Position numbers and translations under genes: made by a program. A DNA stretch of 64,000 bases. It comes from Capsulimonadales bacterium (GTDB taxonomy: Bacteria; Armatimonadota; Armatimonadia; Armatimonadales; Armatimonadaceae). Below the pieces are notes generated by a model. It ran no database searches. It was given only the letters and a program-made list of their open reading frames with translations, and had not been told where the DNA came from. Shown here in pieces: positions 1-10,399 of this stretch; the stretch's first letter is position 1; each line of letters begins with the position of its first letter. The stretch is from contig JANRLW010000078.1 in assembly GCA_033762295.1 (NCBI GenBank), forward strand, positions 1-64,000, in the 5' to 3' direction.

Positions 1-726
1 GTCGATCAGGTCGGCGGCGTGTTTGAGGTAGGAACGGAAGGAGGCGTGGGTAAGCAGGGCGATGGGCACGGCGCACAGCAGGGTCGCCAGCAGTTTGTTT
101 CCGATCACCACGCTCGCTACCGTGGAAATGCCGGCTCCCAGAAAATAGCTGGGTGCGGTCCAGAGGAACGATTCCCGCCAGATCGGGATCGGGGAGCGTC
201 CCGTGCAGATCCCGATAATGGTCGCCACGATGATTGTGTTGACGAAAAAGAACGACAGGCAGGCGGCGGAGACGGCAGGGAACGCATGCCAATCCCGCAA
301 GTCGAGCGTATTGCCGTTGAGCGTCAGAAAGACCAGGCTGGCAATCGCGGTATCGATCAGGTTGACGGCGATATTGAAGAGGAACTGGTACCAGGGCTGT
401 CGGGGGTGGAGGCAGCTGGCGACGGTGCTGGCGAAACCGGCGAGGAGCGCGCCCTGGGGACCGAACCGCAGCATGGTCGCGAAGATCATCGCGAAGCCAA
501 GCGACATCGAGCCGTGGTTCTTGTCCAGGTTGCTATCGCCGATCCGGAGCAGCGTGACCTTCCGGTGTCCGGCTGCGGCCGCCAGAACGATAAACAGGCA
601 CAGTTCCGGTACGGTCCCGCCTCCGGCGGGTACGGGAACCCGCGTCATGATCAGAAAGACCGCCGCCATTCCCAGAAGATATATGGCCACCAGCATCCAT
701 CGGGCCGGCAGAGGCAACTCCTTCAT
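1..726 (-). CDS. N-terminal multi-TM membrane sensor domain (MASE-like), probably of an HD-GYP/GGDEF signalling protein; runs off the window start
   Basis: Not in the ORF track. Minus frame from ATG at 726 reads MKELPLPARWMLVAIYLLGMAAVFLIM...GSMSLGFAMIFATMLRFGPQGALLAG...PWYQFLFNIAV...WRESFLWTAPSYFLGA and is open to base 1, with about 7 hydrophobic helices. The catalytic domain is not visible, so the output domain is inferred. Confidence 0.7.
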   Translation of the reverse strand, partial: MKELPLPARWMLVAIYLLGMAAVFLIMTRVPVPAGGGTVPELCLFIVLAAAAGHRKVTLLRIGDSNLDKNHGSMSLGFAMIFATMLRFGPQGALLAGFASTVASCLHPRQPWYQFLFNIAVNLIDTAIASLVFLTLNGNTLDLRDWHAFPAVSAACLSFFFVNTIIVATIIGICTGRSPIPIWRESFLWTAPSYFLGAGISTVASVVIGNKLLATLLCAVPIALLTHASFRSYLKHAADLID

Positions 727-1104
727 GACCGCTCCTTCCGAAAGGACGAAACGCTCCGGTTCCTGCACGCCTTATTTTTGTGGCAATTCATCCTGACACT
801 CCGAACCTACGCCGAGGGAAACCCGTTACCGAGGTAACTCGAAGAGGCAGAAGGCAGATTCAGTGCCATGCCTCTCCGTTCGTAAAGAAAATTTCCGTTT
901 TCGCTTCTTTCCGGGCCGTATCTCCGCATACCGTCAATATTTCACCCGCAATTTTTCGGTGTTATTTCCCTAATTTGCCTATTTTTGCCTGCATATTTGC
1001 CATATTAACACAGAAAAACATCTCGTTCACTTCCCAAACGCGAAAAACCGTGTTAAACCTATAAGCGTCCCCTGCGCTTGACGCATCGGACCGATGAAAC
1101 AAGA

Positions 1105-1212
1105 CGACGAAAAGGCAAACCCGTTGTAAAACGGGGACGCAAAGCCGACGGATCTTGATGTATCCTCGCCGAAAAACGGGGATAACGCAAAGATGGCCGG
1201 GTTACCGAAACG
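1105..1212 (+). ncRNA. c-di-GMP-I (GEMM) riboswitch, aptamer 1
   Basis: AAAGGCAAAC-CCGTT-GTAA-AACGG-GGACGCAAAGCC...GGCCGGGTTACCGAA matches the GEMM-I core (GGCAAAC, GNRA tetraloop, GACGCAAAGC, 3' GGGTTACCG). Confidence 0.9.
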
Positions 1213-1314
1213 ACTGCGCCGTTCCTGCGGTCTGCGCTTCCGTAACACGCCTTCGGCTCCGTGTTCCTTTCTCTCCGACGTTTCCTCGTTAACAGATCGT
1301 CGTTCATCCTTCGC

Positions 1315-1421
1315 AATCGACAAAGGCAAACCCGGCGAAAGCCGGTGACGCAAAGCTACGGGCCTAATCGCCGCGCTCCGCTTTCGGAGCGAACCGGCAG
1401 ATGGCCGCCGGGCTGCCGCAC
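1315..1421 (+). ncRNA. c-di-GMP-I (GEMM) riboswitch, aptamer 2
   Basis: AAAGGCAAAC-CCGGC-GAAA-GCCGG-TGACGCAAAGCTACGGGCCTAA...ATGGCCGCCGGGCTGCCG, canonical GEMM-I; RBS GGAGGAG follows at 1434-1440. Confidence 0.93.
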
Positions 1422-1447
1422 TTTGCGATCGTCGGAGGAGACCACCA

Positions 1448-3220
1448 GTGACAGCGCTCGTTTTCCGAAAACATTCGCAGAGAGAACCCATACCGCAGAC
1501 CGGGTGTACCGCGTCTCACCGATCCCCTCTCGCCGGGGTTCGACGTTCGGTCGGCGTGGGTGGGGCGACGACCCTTCTGGTCCTGGCCGGCGCGGCCCCG
1601 TCCTCCCCCCGTTTGCGTTCCTTCACCCCGTCGTCCACCCCGCAACCTTCGGCGTACATCCGGACGTCCCGTGCCTTGACCGGTGTCGAGGCGCGAACCG
1701 GGGTCATCGTCCGCCTTTCGCCCGGGGTCCGTTCCAGCGACCTGCGCCCGACCATTACCCGTCTGGGCGGTATCGTTTACCGGGATCTTCCGCTGATCGG
1801 TGCGATCGCGGTTCGCCTGCCGGAAACCTCTCACCGGACTCTGGCCGCCCTGCCCGGTGTCGCCCACCTCTCCCCGGACCTGCCGGTGCGTAAAACCGAC
1901 GAGTTTACCGTCGGCCATACCGGCGCCGAACTTGCCGCCCGCCCTGCGCCGACCGGCTTCGGCCTCACCGGAAAAGGCGTCGGCATCGCGGTACTCGACA
2001 CGGGGATTTCCGATCATCCGGACTTTACCGACGCGCGGGGCGCCTCGCGCATCCTGGCGGAGACGGCCTTCGGCGCGGATCTGGCTGCCGACGAATGCGG
2101 ACACGGAACCCACGTCGCCGGCATCCTTGCCGGGAACGGCGCCCGCTCGACCGGTCGGAACTGCTTTCGCACCTTCCGCGGGATCGCGCCCCGCGCCCAT
2201 CTGATCAACGTCCGCGTGCTCGACCGGAACGGGGTCGGCGCAGTCAGCGATGTCATTTCCGGGATCGAATGGATCATCGCCCATCGGGAGCGGTGGAACA
2301 TCCGGGTGGTCAATCTGTCGCTCGGGCACCCGGTCTACGAAAGCGCCGAAACCGACCCGCTGAACCGGGCGGTACGCGCGGCCTGGAAGGCCGGTCTCGT
2401 GGTCGTCTGTGCTGCCGGCAACGACGGACGACTCTCGGATGAGCCGATGTACAGCGATAATGAAGGCTACGGCACCCGGTACGCATCGATCGCCTGTCCG
2501 GGCAACGATCCCTACGTCATCACCGTCGGCGCGACCAAACGCACCGACAATAACCCGGCCCACGACCGCATCGCTTCCTATTCGGGTCGCGGACCCTCCC
2601 GGCAGGATATGACGCTTAAGCCCGATCTGGTCGCACCCGGGAACCGGGTCATCTCGGTTCTGGCTCCCCGGTCGTCGTTCGAGCGCATCTATGCGGTCAC
2701 GAACGGTGTCCCGCACGCCAGTTACTCGCGTTCCCGGACATCGCCGGGTTCGCCCGACTACTTCGCGCTTTCGGGGACGAGCATGGCCGCCCCGGTCGTC
2801 GCCGGAGCGGTCGCCCTGATGCTGGAGAAGGACCCCACCCTCACCCCCGACACCGTCAAGGCACGACTCATGATCTCGGCGGATCGACGAACGGCGTCCG
2901 CCGACCCGGAGACCGTTCTGGCGTACGGGGCGGGACATTTGAACATTCCCGCCGCCCTCCGCTGCGCCGCTCAGGCCGATCCGGGGTTCCGCTCCCTGAA
3001 AGTCGAGGTGTCGCCGGACGGCGACCTGCGCCTCGCTCGACGGCGAACGCCGGCAAGCAAGAACGAGTTCCGGGCGGCTCAGGCCATCTGGGGTAAAGGC
3101 GACAAGCGGATCGCGCTCCCGCTTGCGGCCCTTCGAGATGCCTTGCCCGAGCGTTTGCCGCCGGGACGCGCCACGACCGGGCGCGTCGATTTGGGTGCCA
3201 TCGCCCTCGCCGGCGAGTAA
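1448..3220 (+). CDS. S8 (subtilisin/AprX-like) serine peptidase, paralog 1
   Basis: Catalytic triad motifs IAVLDTGI, HGTHVAG, SGTSMAAP; oxyanion AAGN; I9-like prodomain; GTG start after GGAGGAG. Confidence 0.93.
   Translation: MTALVFRKHSQREPIPQTGCTASHRSPLAGVRRSVGVGGATTLLVLAGAAPSSPRLRSFTPSSTPQPSAYIRTSRALTGVEARTGVIVRLSPGVRSSDLRPTITRLGGIVYRDLPLIGAIAVRLPETSHRTLAALPGVAHLSPDLPVRKTDEFTVGHTGAELAARPAPTGFGLTGKGVGIAVLDTGISDHPDFTDARGASRILAETAFGADLAADECGHGTHVAGILAGNGARSTGRNCFRTFRGIAPRAHLINVRVLDRNGVGAVSDVISGIEWIIAHRERWNIRVVNLSLGHPVYESAETDPLNRAVRAAWKAGLVVVCAAGNDGRLSDEPMYSDNEGYGTRYASIACPGNDPYVITVGATKRTDNNPAHDRIASYSGRGPSRQDMTLKPDLVAPGNRVISVLAPRSSFERIYAVTNGVPHASYSRSRTSPGSPDYFALSGTSMAAPVVAGAVALMLEKDPTLTPDTVKARLMISADRRTASADPETVLAYGAGHLNIPAALRCAAQADPGFRSLKVEVSPDGDLRLARRRTPASKNEFRAAQAIWGKGDKRIALPLAALRDALPERLPPGRATTGRVDLGAIALAGE
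2750..2880 (+). repeat. ~131-bp near-identical repeat, copy 1 (copy 2 at 4581-4711)
   Basis: Two mismatches between copies; spans the SGTSMAAP active-site serine codons. Confidence 0.9.
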
Positions 3221-3302
3221 ACGGCAGTCGACCTAACTTTCGACAAAAGAAGTAATCAATAATAAATAATAGTCCTCTCGTGCAGAAATCGGAAAGAAGA
3301 AA

Positions 3303-5147
3303 ATGCAGAGATACCAATATCGCCCGATGAGAAGGACTTTTCGTTTCGTGACAGGCGTTACCGGACTGGCGCTGGCCCTGACCGCCGCCTTTTCGTCCGC
3401 ACCTTTTGCCTTCGCGCAGAATATCGATGTATCGACGAAATGCGATCCCGCGCTTCGTTCCCGGCTGAGCGCCACGAGAACCGGCAAGTCCGTCAGTGGC
3501 CGCACCGAGGTCATCGTTCGTCTAACCGGCGACCTGACCGATCAGCACAAGCGCGCATTTGAGGCGTTGAACGGGGACATCTATCGTCACCTCCCGATCA
3601 TTCGTTCCGTCGCCCTGAGCGTTCCGACGCGCCACCTGTCGAGACTCGCCGCACTGCCGTTCGTCGCGCACCTCTCCGCCGACGGCATGGTCCGCAAAAC
3701 CGACGAGTTTACGGTCGAACATACCGGCGCACATACGGCGTCCGCCACGTACGGACTGACGGGACTGGGTGTCGGTGTGGCGGTGATCGACAGCGGCATT
3801 TCCAAGCACCGGGACCTGACCACCTCCTGGACCCGGGATGAGGACGACGATGATGACTTTGACTACCGCTCTCTGATACGGGTGACGTTCCTCGGTGACG
3901 GAATCCGACACGATCCGTGCGGTCACGGCACGCACGTCGCCGGCATCCTCGGCGGCAGCGGGCTCGCCTCGTCCAACTGGTACAATTTCCGAACCTTCCA
4001 TGGCATCGCCCGGTCGGCGAAATTGATCAGCCTCCGGGTTCTCGACCGGCAGGGTTGCGGCAATGTCAGCAACGTCATCGCCGCCCTGAACTGGGCCGTG
4101 ACCAACAAGACTCGGTATAACATCCGGGTAATCAACCTGTCGCTCGGAAAACCCGTTACCGAGAGCTACACCACCGACCCGCTATGCCAGGCGGCGGAGG
4201 CGGCTTACCGGGCCGGAATCGTCGTGGTCTGCGCGGCGGGCAACGGCGGACGCAAGAATGCCAGCGTCTCCTCGTCGGACGAGAACGAGGGTTGGGGCAC
4301 AGCGTATGGCTCGATCCAGTCGCCCGCGAACGATCCTTACGTCATTACCGTCGGCGCCTTGAAGCAGGATTCCGTCCGTCCGACGAACCCCTGGTCCAAT
4401 AAGATCGCCACCTACTCGGCACGCGGGCCGAGCGCCATCGACTTTACGATGAAGCCGGATATCGTCGCTCCCGGCAACCGGATCATTTCCGTCAACGCGC
4501 CGGACAGTTTCCTGTTCAATACGTACTGGCAGACCAACGGGGTCCCGATGGATTCGTACGCCAATAACTCCTACGGAACCTCGCCCGACTACTTCACGCT
4601 TTCGGGGACGAGCATGGCCGCCCCGGTCGTCGCCGGAGCGGTCGCCCTGATGCTGGAGAAGGACCCCACCCTCACCCCCGACACCGTCAAGGCACGGCTC
4701 ATGATCTCGGCTCATAAATGGGCGTTCCCCAACGGCAAGGCGGACCCGTGTACGTTCGGCGCGGGAATGCTCAATATTCCGGGCGCACTCGCCAGCACGG
4801 TGAAAGCGACCCGTCCCGCTCTCAGCCCGCCGCTGCAGCTTTCGTCGGACGGTCGGAACGTCCTGGTCGACCCGAGCCAGGTCATCTGGGGCGGCGGACC
4901 CGGCACCAAACCCCCGTCGAACGCCAGCATCTGGGGGACCGACTCGGTCAAGGGGCTTCAGGTGATCTGGGGCGGCGGCACCTCCACCGGAAAGTTCACC
5001 GTCAACGGGACGCCGATGGATGTCACGTGCCTGTCGAACCCGCTCAGCCTGATCTCTTCGAGCGTCTGGTCCAATCAGGTGATCTGGGGCGGCGCCGATG
5101 TGAAGGTCGACCTGAACGCCATCAGCCTCTTCAACGAGAATCGATAA
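3303..5147 (+). CDS. Secreted S8 serine peptidase, paralog 2, with C-terminal IWG repeats
   Basis: Signal peptide ending AFA-Q; VAVIDSGI, HGTHVAG, SGTSMAAP; C-terminal QVIWG x3 plus SIWG. Confidence 0.95.
   Translation: MQRYQYRPMRRTFRFVTGVTGLALALTAAFSSAPFAFAQNIDVSTKCDPALRSRLSATRTGKSVSGRTEVIVRLTGDLTDQHKRAFEALNGDIYRHLPIIRSVALSVPTRHLSRLAALPFVAHLSADGMVRKTDEFTVEHTGAHTASATYGLTGLGVGVAVIDSGISKHRDLTTSWTRDEDDDDDFDYRSLIRVTFLGDGIRHDPCGHGTHVAGILGGSGLASSNWYNFRTFHGIARSAKLISLRVLDRQGCGNVSNVIAALNWAVTNKTRYNIRVINLSLGKPVTESYTTDPLCQAAEAAYRAGIVVVCAAGNGGRKNASVSSSDENEGWGTAYGSIQSPANDPYVITVGALKQDSVRPTNPWSNKIATYSARGPSAIDFTMKPDIVAPGNRIISVNAPDSFLFNTYWQTNGVPMDSYANNSYGTSPDYFTLSGTSMAAPVVAGAVALMLEKDPTLTPDTVKARLMISAHKWAFPNGKADPCTFGAGMLNIPGALASTVKATRPALSPPLQLSSDGRNVLVDPSQVIWGGGPGTKPPSNASIWGTDSVKGLQVIWGGGTSTGKFTVNGTPMDVTCLSNPLSLISSSVWSNQVIWGGADVKVDLNAISLFNENR
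4581..4711 (+). repeat. ~131-bp near-identical repeat, copy 2
   Basis: See 2750-2880. Confidence 0.9.
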
Positions 5148-5176
5148 CCGTCTTTATTCGGAGAGTCAGGAGATCG

Positions 5177-5211
5177 GCCACCGCTGCACGGGCAGCGGTG
5201 GCTTTGTTTTA
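5177..5211 (+). terminator. Intrinsic terminator of the peptidase operon
   Basis: GCCACCGCTGC-ACGG-GCAGCGGTGGC followed by TTTGTTTT. Confidence 0.85.
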
Positions 5212-5301
5212 TGTGTTCCTGCGGAGCTCAGGCGCATCGTCCCTCGGCCGCTCTCCCCGAAACGCCGGAAACCGCGCAAAATCGGGTATCGTACGACCAC
5301 T

Positions 5302-6210
5302 ATGACACGACGGCAGGCGCTGGCCGCAGGAGCGGCATTGCTGGCAGGCGAGGCACGGGCGGAGACGCAGATCGTCTGGGCGAAGGAATGGAAGATTGTC
5401 GAAGGCGATACCGGAAAGGAAATCCGGTCGCGCGACCTGCCGAAACGGCTGGCGGCCTCCGATGTCGTCTTCGCCGGAGAACAGCATGACGATCCGGAGA
5501 CGCATCGCGGCGAACTGGCCCTGCTGGCGACCCTGCATAAGTCGCTGGGCGACCGCCTGACCCTGGCGATGGAGATGTTCGAACGCGACCATCAGGCGCC
5601 TCTCACCGATTACGTCTCCGGCCGTATCGACGAAGCTGCCTTTACGAAAGCGGTCCGACTCTGGAAGAACTACCCGTCCGATTACCGCCCGATGATCGAA
5701 TTCGCGCGGGAGAACCGGATTCCCGTGATCGCGTCCAATGCGCCTCAATCCATCGTCCGTCGTGTCAGCAGAGAGGGTTTGAGCGCCCTTGCGGCTCTGT
5801 CCGCCGAGGAACGGACACAGATCGCGGCCTATGTCAACGCGCCGGAGGGGGATGAGTACGCCCGGCGTTTCGCGGCGGTGATGGGCGCGGGACACGGGGA
5901 TGGCGGCGGAATGGAACCGGCGATGGTCCGACGCTTCCTGGAAGCTCAATGTTTACGCGACGACACGATGGCCGAGAGTATCGTCCGCGAACTGGACCGT
6001 GGCCGGACGGTCCTGCATATCAACGGCAGTTTCCACTCCGACGCCGGTCTCGGAACGGCGGCGCGTGTCGCCTGGCGTCGCCCGCTGACGGCCCGTAGTT
6101 CGGTGATCAAGTTCGTTCCCTTCCGCGAGAAGATCGCTCCCGAGTCGATCAAAGGCGAAGCCCACGTCGGCATTTTCGTGCCCGATCGACGCCCTCCGAC
6201 AACACGTTGA
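5302..6210 (+). CDS. ChaN/PhuW-family (haem-uptake, TIKI-superfamily) exported protein
   Basis: TRR Tat-like signal; VVFAGEQHDD, LAMEMF, DYRPMIEFA, AQCLRDDTMAESI, HINGSFHS motifs. Confidence 0.85.
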   Translation: MTRRQALAAGAALLAGEARAETQIVWAKEWKIVEGDTGKEIRSRDLPKRLAASDVVFAGEQHDDPETHRGELALLATLHKSLGDRLTLAMEMFERDHQAPLTDYVSGRIDEAAFTKAVRLWKNYPSDYRPMIEFARENRIPVIASNAPQSIVRRVSREGLSALAALSAEERTQIAAYVNAPEGDEYARRFAAVMGAGHGDGGGMEPAMVRRFLEAQCLRDDTMAESIVRELDRGRTVLHINGSFHSDAGLGTAARVAWRRPLTARSSVIKFVPFREKIAPESIKGEAHVGIFVPDRRPPTTR

Positions 6211-6466
6211 AAAATTTCAATCGTCTTTATTTCACCTAGGAAACGTACCTTTTTTGGTCACGTCCCCCTGGTTAACGCCCCTATTTTCTGGAAACCTACT
6301 CGGTTCCATGTGATAATTACCACAGCCAGGCGATCAACCGATTGACCGGCAGATGTCGTTTTTCGGAGAGCGGCGGTCGATCCGCCGTTTGCAGGGAGCG
6401 GTGTTTCTCCTCGTCGATTTTCTCGTTTGTCAGTACTTTTGGAATCCAAGGACGACTGTGGTATTT

Positions 6467-6820
6467 ATGGAATTCTCGAACGATCCCGCTTCTTTAAAAC
6501 TGACCGGGCGCCCGGCGGTCCCCGCCGTTCCCGCCCTCTGGCATCCGGCGGACCTGACAGAACAGGCGCAAAAAGTTATCGGCTACGCCGACGCCGCCAT
6601 TTCGGAACACCTGGACGCCATCCGTGCGTTTCAACAGGCATCCCATGCCGTACAGGAGTCGTTAACCTGGGGCAGCGAGCGCACGCTTCGTCGACATCTG
6701 GATCACCTGACCGGTTTGCTGATCTATGGACGCGCCGCGATTTCCGGGTTCGACCGGGAGGACGATCTCTCGGGGGACGACGATGAGGAAGTGATCCGGC
6801 AGACCGCCGACCGCGCATAG
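6467..6820 (+). CDS. Hypothetical protein
   Basis: ATG at 6467 inside ORF 6353..6820; helical with acidic tail; no family recognised. Confidence 0.5.
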   Translation: MEFSNDPASLKLTGRPAVPAVPALWHPADLTEQAQKVIGYADAAISEHLDAIRAFQQASHAVQESLTWGSERTLRRHLDHLTGLLIYGRAAISGFDREDDLSGDDDEEVIRQTADRA

Positions 6821-6832
6821 CCGGTCCGACGA

Positions 6833-7198
6833 CTAATCCGCCGCATCCCCGGTATAGACGCAGCCGGACGTACAGGTTTCGTGCAGAACGATCCGGCTCA
6901 ATCCGGGCAGGCGCGGTTTCAGCCGGGTCCAGATCCAGCGGGCGATATTCTCCGAGGTCGGATTCTCCAGCCCCTCGATTTCGTTCAGATAGTAGTGGTC
7001 GAGCCGCTCGTGTATCGGGCGGAACGCCTCCTTGATATCCGCGAAGTCCATGACCCAGCCGGTCTCCCCGCCGACATCGCCCGTGACATGCAGTTCGACC
7101 CGGAACGAATGACCGTGCAATCGGGCGCACTTATGGCCGGGGGGCACGTTGGGAAGCCGGTGGGCCGCTTCGAAGGTGAAGACTTTAAATATATCCAT
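6833..7198 (-). CDS. queD: 6-carboxytetrahydropterin synthase
   Basis: [32 protein letters not shown]...[25 protein letters not shown]...ETCTSGC; alternative start 7213. Confidence 0.95.
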   Translation of the reverse strand: MDIFKVFTFEAAHRLPNVPPGHKCARLHGHSFRVELHVTGDVGGETGWVMDFADIKEAFRPIHERLDHYYLNEIEGLENPTSENIARWIWTRLKPRLPGLSRIVLHETCTSGCVYTGDAAD

Positions 7199-7244
7199 GC
7201 GATCCGTCGCCATCGCTACCCCCGGTCCGCTCGACCGCTCCGCT

Positions 7245-7282
7245 TCGGCCACGGGGCAACGAACGTCGGCCACGGGGCAACG
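7245..7282. repeat. 17-bp direct repeat with 21-bp period
   Basis: TCGGCCACGGGGCAACG at 7245 and 7266. Confidence 0.85.
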
Positions 7283-7389
7283 GACCAATTGGGAGGTATA
7301 TCGTAAATCGTGGTCTTTTGCCACCCCGTTAGCCGGTCGCCGCAACCGAAGCGGCCCTGACGCGTCAAATTGAACGGAGGGAAAATATC

Positions 7390-7779
7390 ATGCGTCCGGG
7401 AGCTGTTCGCGACCCCGCTCTGGTGCTCATTCTGAGCCTCATCACCTGTGGAATCTACTATCTTTTCTGGGTGTCCTACGTTTCCGGCGAGATTCAGGAT
7501 TATCTGGGGGAACCGGACACGTCACCGGGCCTGGAAGTCCTGCTCTTCATCGTTACCTGCGGACTGTACACGTTCTACTGGGATTACAAAATCGCCCAGA
7601 AGATCGCCCGAATGCAGGGATCGCTTGGCCTCCGCGTCGTCGATAACGGCACTCTGTACATCGTTCTCAATCTGATCGGCGTCGGCATGGTCAATGCGCT
7701 GATTCAGCAGGGGCATCTGAACGAAATCTGGCAGGCGTCTCGTCAGCGTCTGCCGAACGGACCGTATCCGTCGCCGTAA
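7390..7779 (+). CDS. DUF4234-like small membrane protein
   Basis: Internally duplicated LITCGIYYLFW / IVTCGLYTFYW motifs; RBS GGAGGG. Confidence 0.8.
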   Translation: MRPGAVRDPALVLILSLITCGIYYLFWVSYVSGEIQDYLGEPDTSPGLEVLLFIVTCGLYTFYWDYKIAQKIARMQGSLGLRVVDNGTLYIVLNLIGVGMVNALIQQGHLNEIWQASRQRLPNGPYPSP

Positions 7780-7784
7780 ACGCC

Positions 7785-8198
7785 ATGAACCGGAGTTACC
7801 TGCCGGACGGATGCCGCCGGTTCGGCTTTGAGGGGCTGGTTTTGCTGGCGGCGGCAGTGGTTCCCGCGCCTGCGCCGGGCGCGGCGACCGTGCTGGGCGT
7901 TCCCTCGCTCTGTCTTTTCCGGGGCCTCACCGGACTACCCTGCCCCGGCTGCGGGATGACGCGATCTCTGGTCTGCTGCGCGCACGGGCGGTTCGGCGAC
8001 GCACTGGCCTTTCACTCGCTCGGCCCGCCGGTATTTTTCGTCCTGACCGCCGTCGTATTGTGCCGGCTTCTCGGAGTGCGGCCGGGGGCAGGCGTCTCCC
8101 GGTGGCTGACCCCGGCCGCCTGGGCGGTTCTGGCGCTTCTGGCGGTCGCCTGGACCGCCCGCCTCCTCGGGTTCCTGCCGCCGCTCCCACCCGGATGA
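7785..8198 (+). CDS. DUF2752-family membrane protein
   Basis: CLFRGLTGLPCPGCGMTRS signature. Confidence 0.85.
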   Translation: MNRSYLPDGCRRFGFEGLVLLAAAVVPAPAPGAATVLGVPSLCLFRGLTGLPCPGCGMTRSLVCCAHGRFGDALAFHSLGPPVFFVLTAVVLCRLLGVRPGAGVSRWLTPAAWAVLALLAVAWTARLLGFLPPLPPG

Positions 8199-8226
8199 GA
8201 TCGCCTTCGGTCACATTCCAATCATT

Positions 8227-8685
8227 TCAGGTCATTTCGATCGCGTCCGGCGGCACGGTCGCGCAGATCGGTCCTCCCTTCGCATCGACGCACCGCAGGG
8301 AGAATTCGATCGTCGGCTGCCGCAGAGCCGCGAGCAAACGCCCCCGGTCGAGGCGGGCCAACGGGATCTTCGCACGACGGACGCCGTGCCAGTTTCCGGC
8401 GGCATCTCGTTCGCCCCAGCAAAGATACAGGAACCGCTCGCCCCGCCGACCATGGACGAACGGTCCGCCAAAGTCGATCTCCTCGGTCGCCGGTGCAACG
8501 GTCATGCGAACCGGCATCGTGAAAACAAGGGGTTCGTCCGTCACCGGAGCATCCTGCACGATCATATCGCGCTCCTGGACTCCGACGCGAAGGGCGGTAT
8601 GTCCGCCCCACTGCCCGGACGGCAGGCTATGACAGCGTAGCGTCAGCAGGATTTCCTGTGTCGTAACCGGGGGTGATGTGAGCAT
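8227..8685 (-). CDS. DUF5990-like hypothetical protein
   Basis: DFGGPFVHGRRGERFLYLCWG...RRAKIPL...DAKGGPICATV. Confidence 0.7.
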   Translation of the reverse strand: MLTSPPVTTQEILLTLRCHSLPSGQWGGHTALRVGVQERDMIVQDAPVTDEPLVFTMPVRMTVAPATEEIDFGGPFVHGRRGERFLYLCWGERDAAGNWHGVRRAKIPLARLDRGRLLAALRQPTIEFSLRCVDAKGGPICATVPPDAIEMT

Positions 8686-8703
8686 GTTCGATCGTACCCG
8701 AAA

Positions 8704-8714
8704 TGTGGTATACT
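8704..8714 (+). promoter_or_regulatory. Extended -10 promoter for the ahcY leader
   Basis: TGTGGTATACT (TG-N-TATACT) about 7 nt before the SAH aptamer. Confidence 0.6.
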
Positions 8715-8720
8715 GAACTG

Positions 8721-8783
8721 CATGCTGAGGAGCGCTGCAACCCGCTTCGGCGGACCAGGCTCAGCATATCAACCGCGCTCACT
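8721..8783 (+). ncRNA. SAH riboswitch
   Basis: ATGCTGAGGAGCGCTGCAAC...CCAGGCTCAGCAT...AACCGCGCTC matches the SAH consensus; directly upstream of ahcY. Confidence 0.93.
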
Positions 8784-8809
8784 CCGAAAGATTCGGGGTG
8801 AGTTTTTTT
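8778..8809 (+). terminator. Riboswitch-controlled terminator
   Basis: CTCACTCCGAA-AGA-TTCGGGGTGAG followed by T7; its 5' arm overlaps the GCGCTC pseudoknot strand. Confidence 0.85.
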
Positions 8810-8828
8810 GTTTTCAGGAGTAACCTTG

Positions 8829-10271
<1,443 letters not shown>

Positions 10272-10351
10272 GAGAAAAGCGGAACCGTTATCGGGAACGA
10301 AGTGTCGATACGGTCCGACCAAATCCTTAAATACTGTGCCATAATGGAAAT

Positions 10352-10385
10352 CAGGGAACGGACGCACGTCCGTTCCCTGTTCTTT
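10352..10385 (+). terminator. Perfect hairpin: ahcY terminator or 5' stem of the next transcript
   Basis: CAGGGAACGGACG-CA-CGTCCGTTCCCTG followed by TTCTTT; TG-C-CATAAT lies just upstream (10337-10345). Confidence 0.6.
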
Positions 10386-10399
10386 CGAAGGAGAGACCC

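Noticed and set aside
19..837. Plus-strand ORFs of 272 aa and 197 aa
   Set aside because: Shadow frames of the minus-strand membrane protein gene at 1-726.
1105..1421. Possible 3',3'-cGAMP (GEMM-Ib) specificity
   Set aside because: Both aptamers have G, not A, at the discriminating position before GCAAAC.
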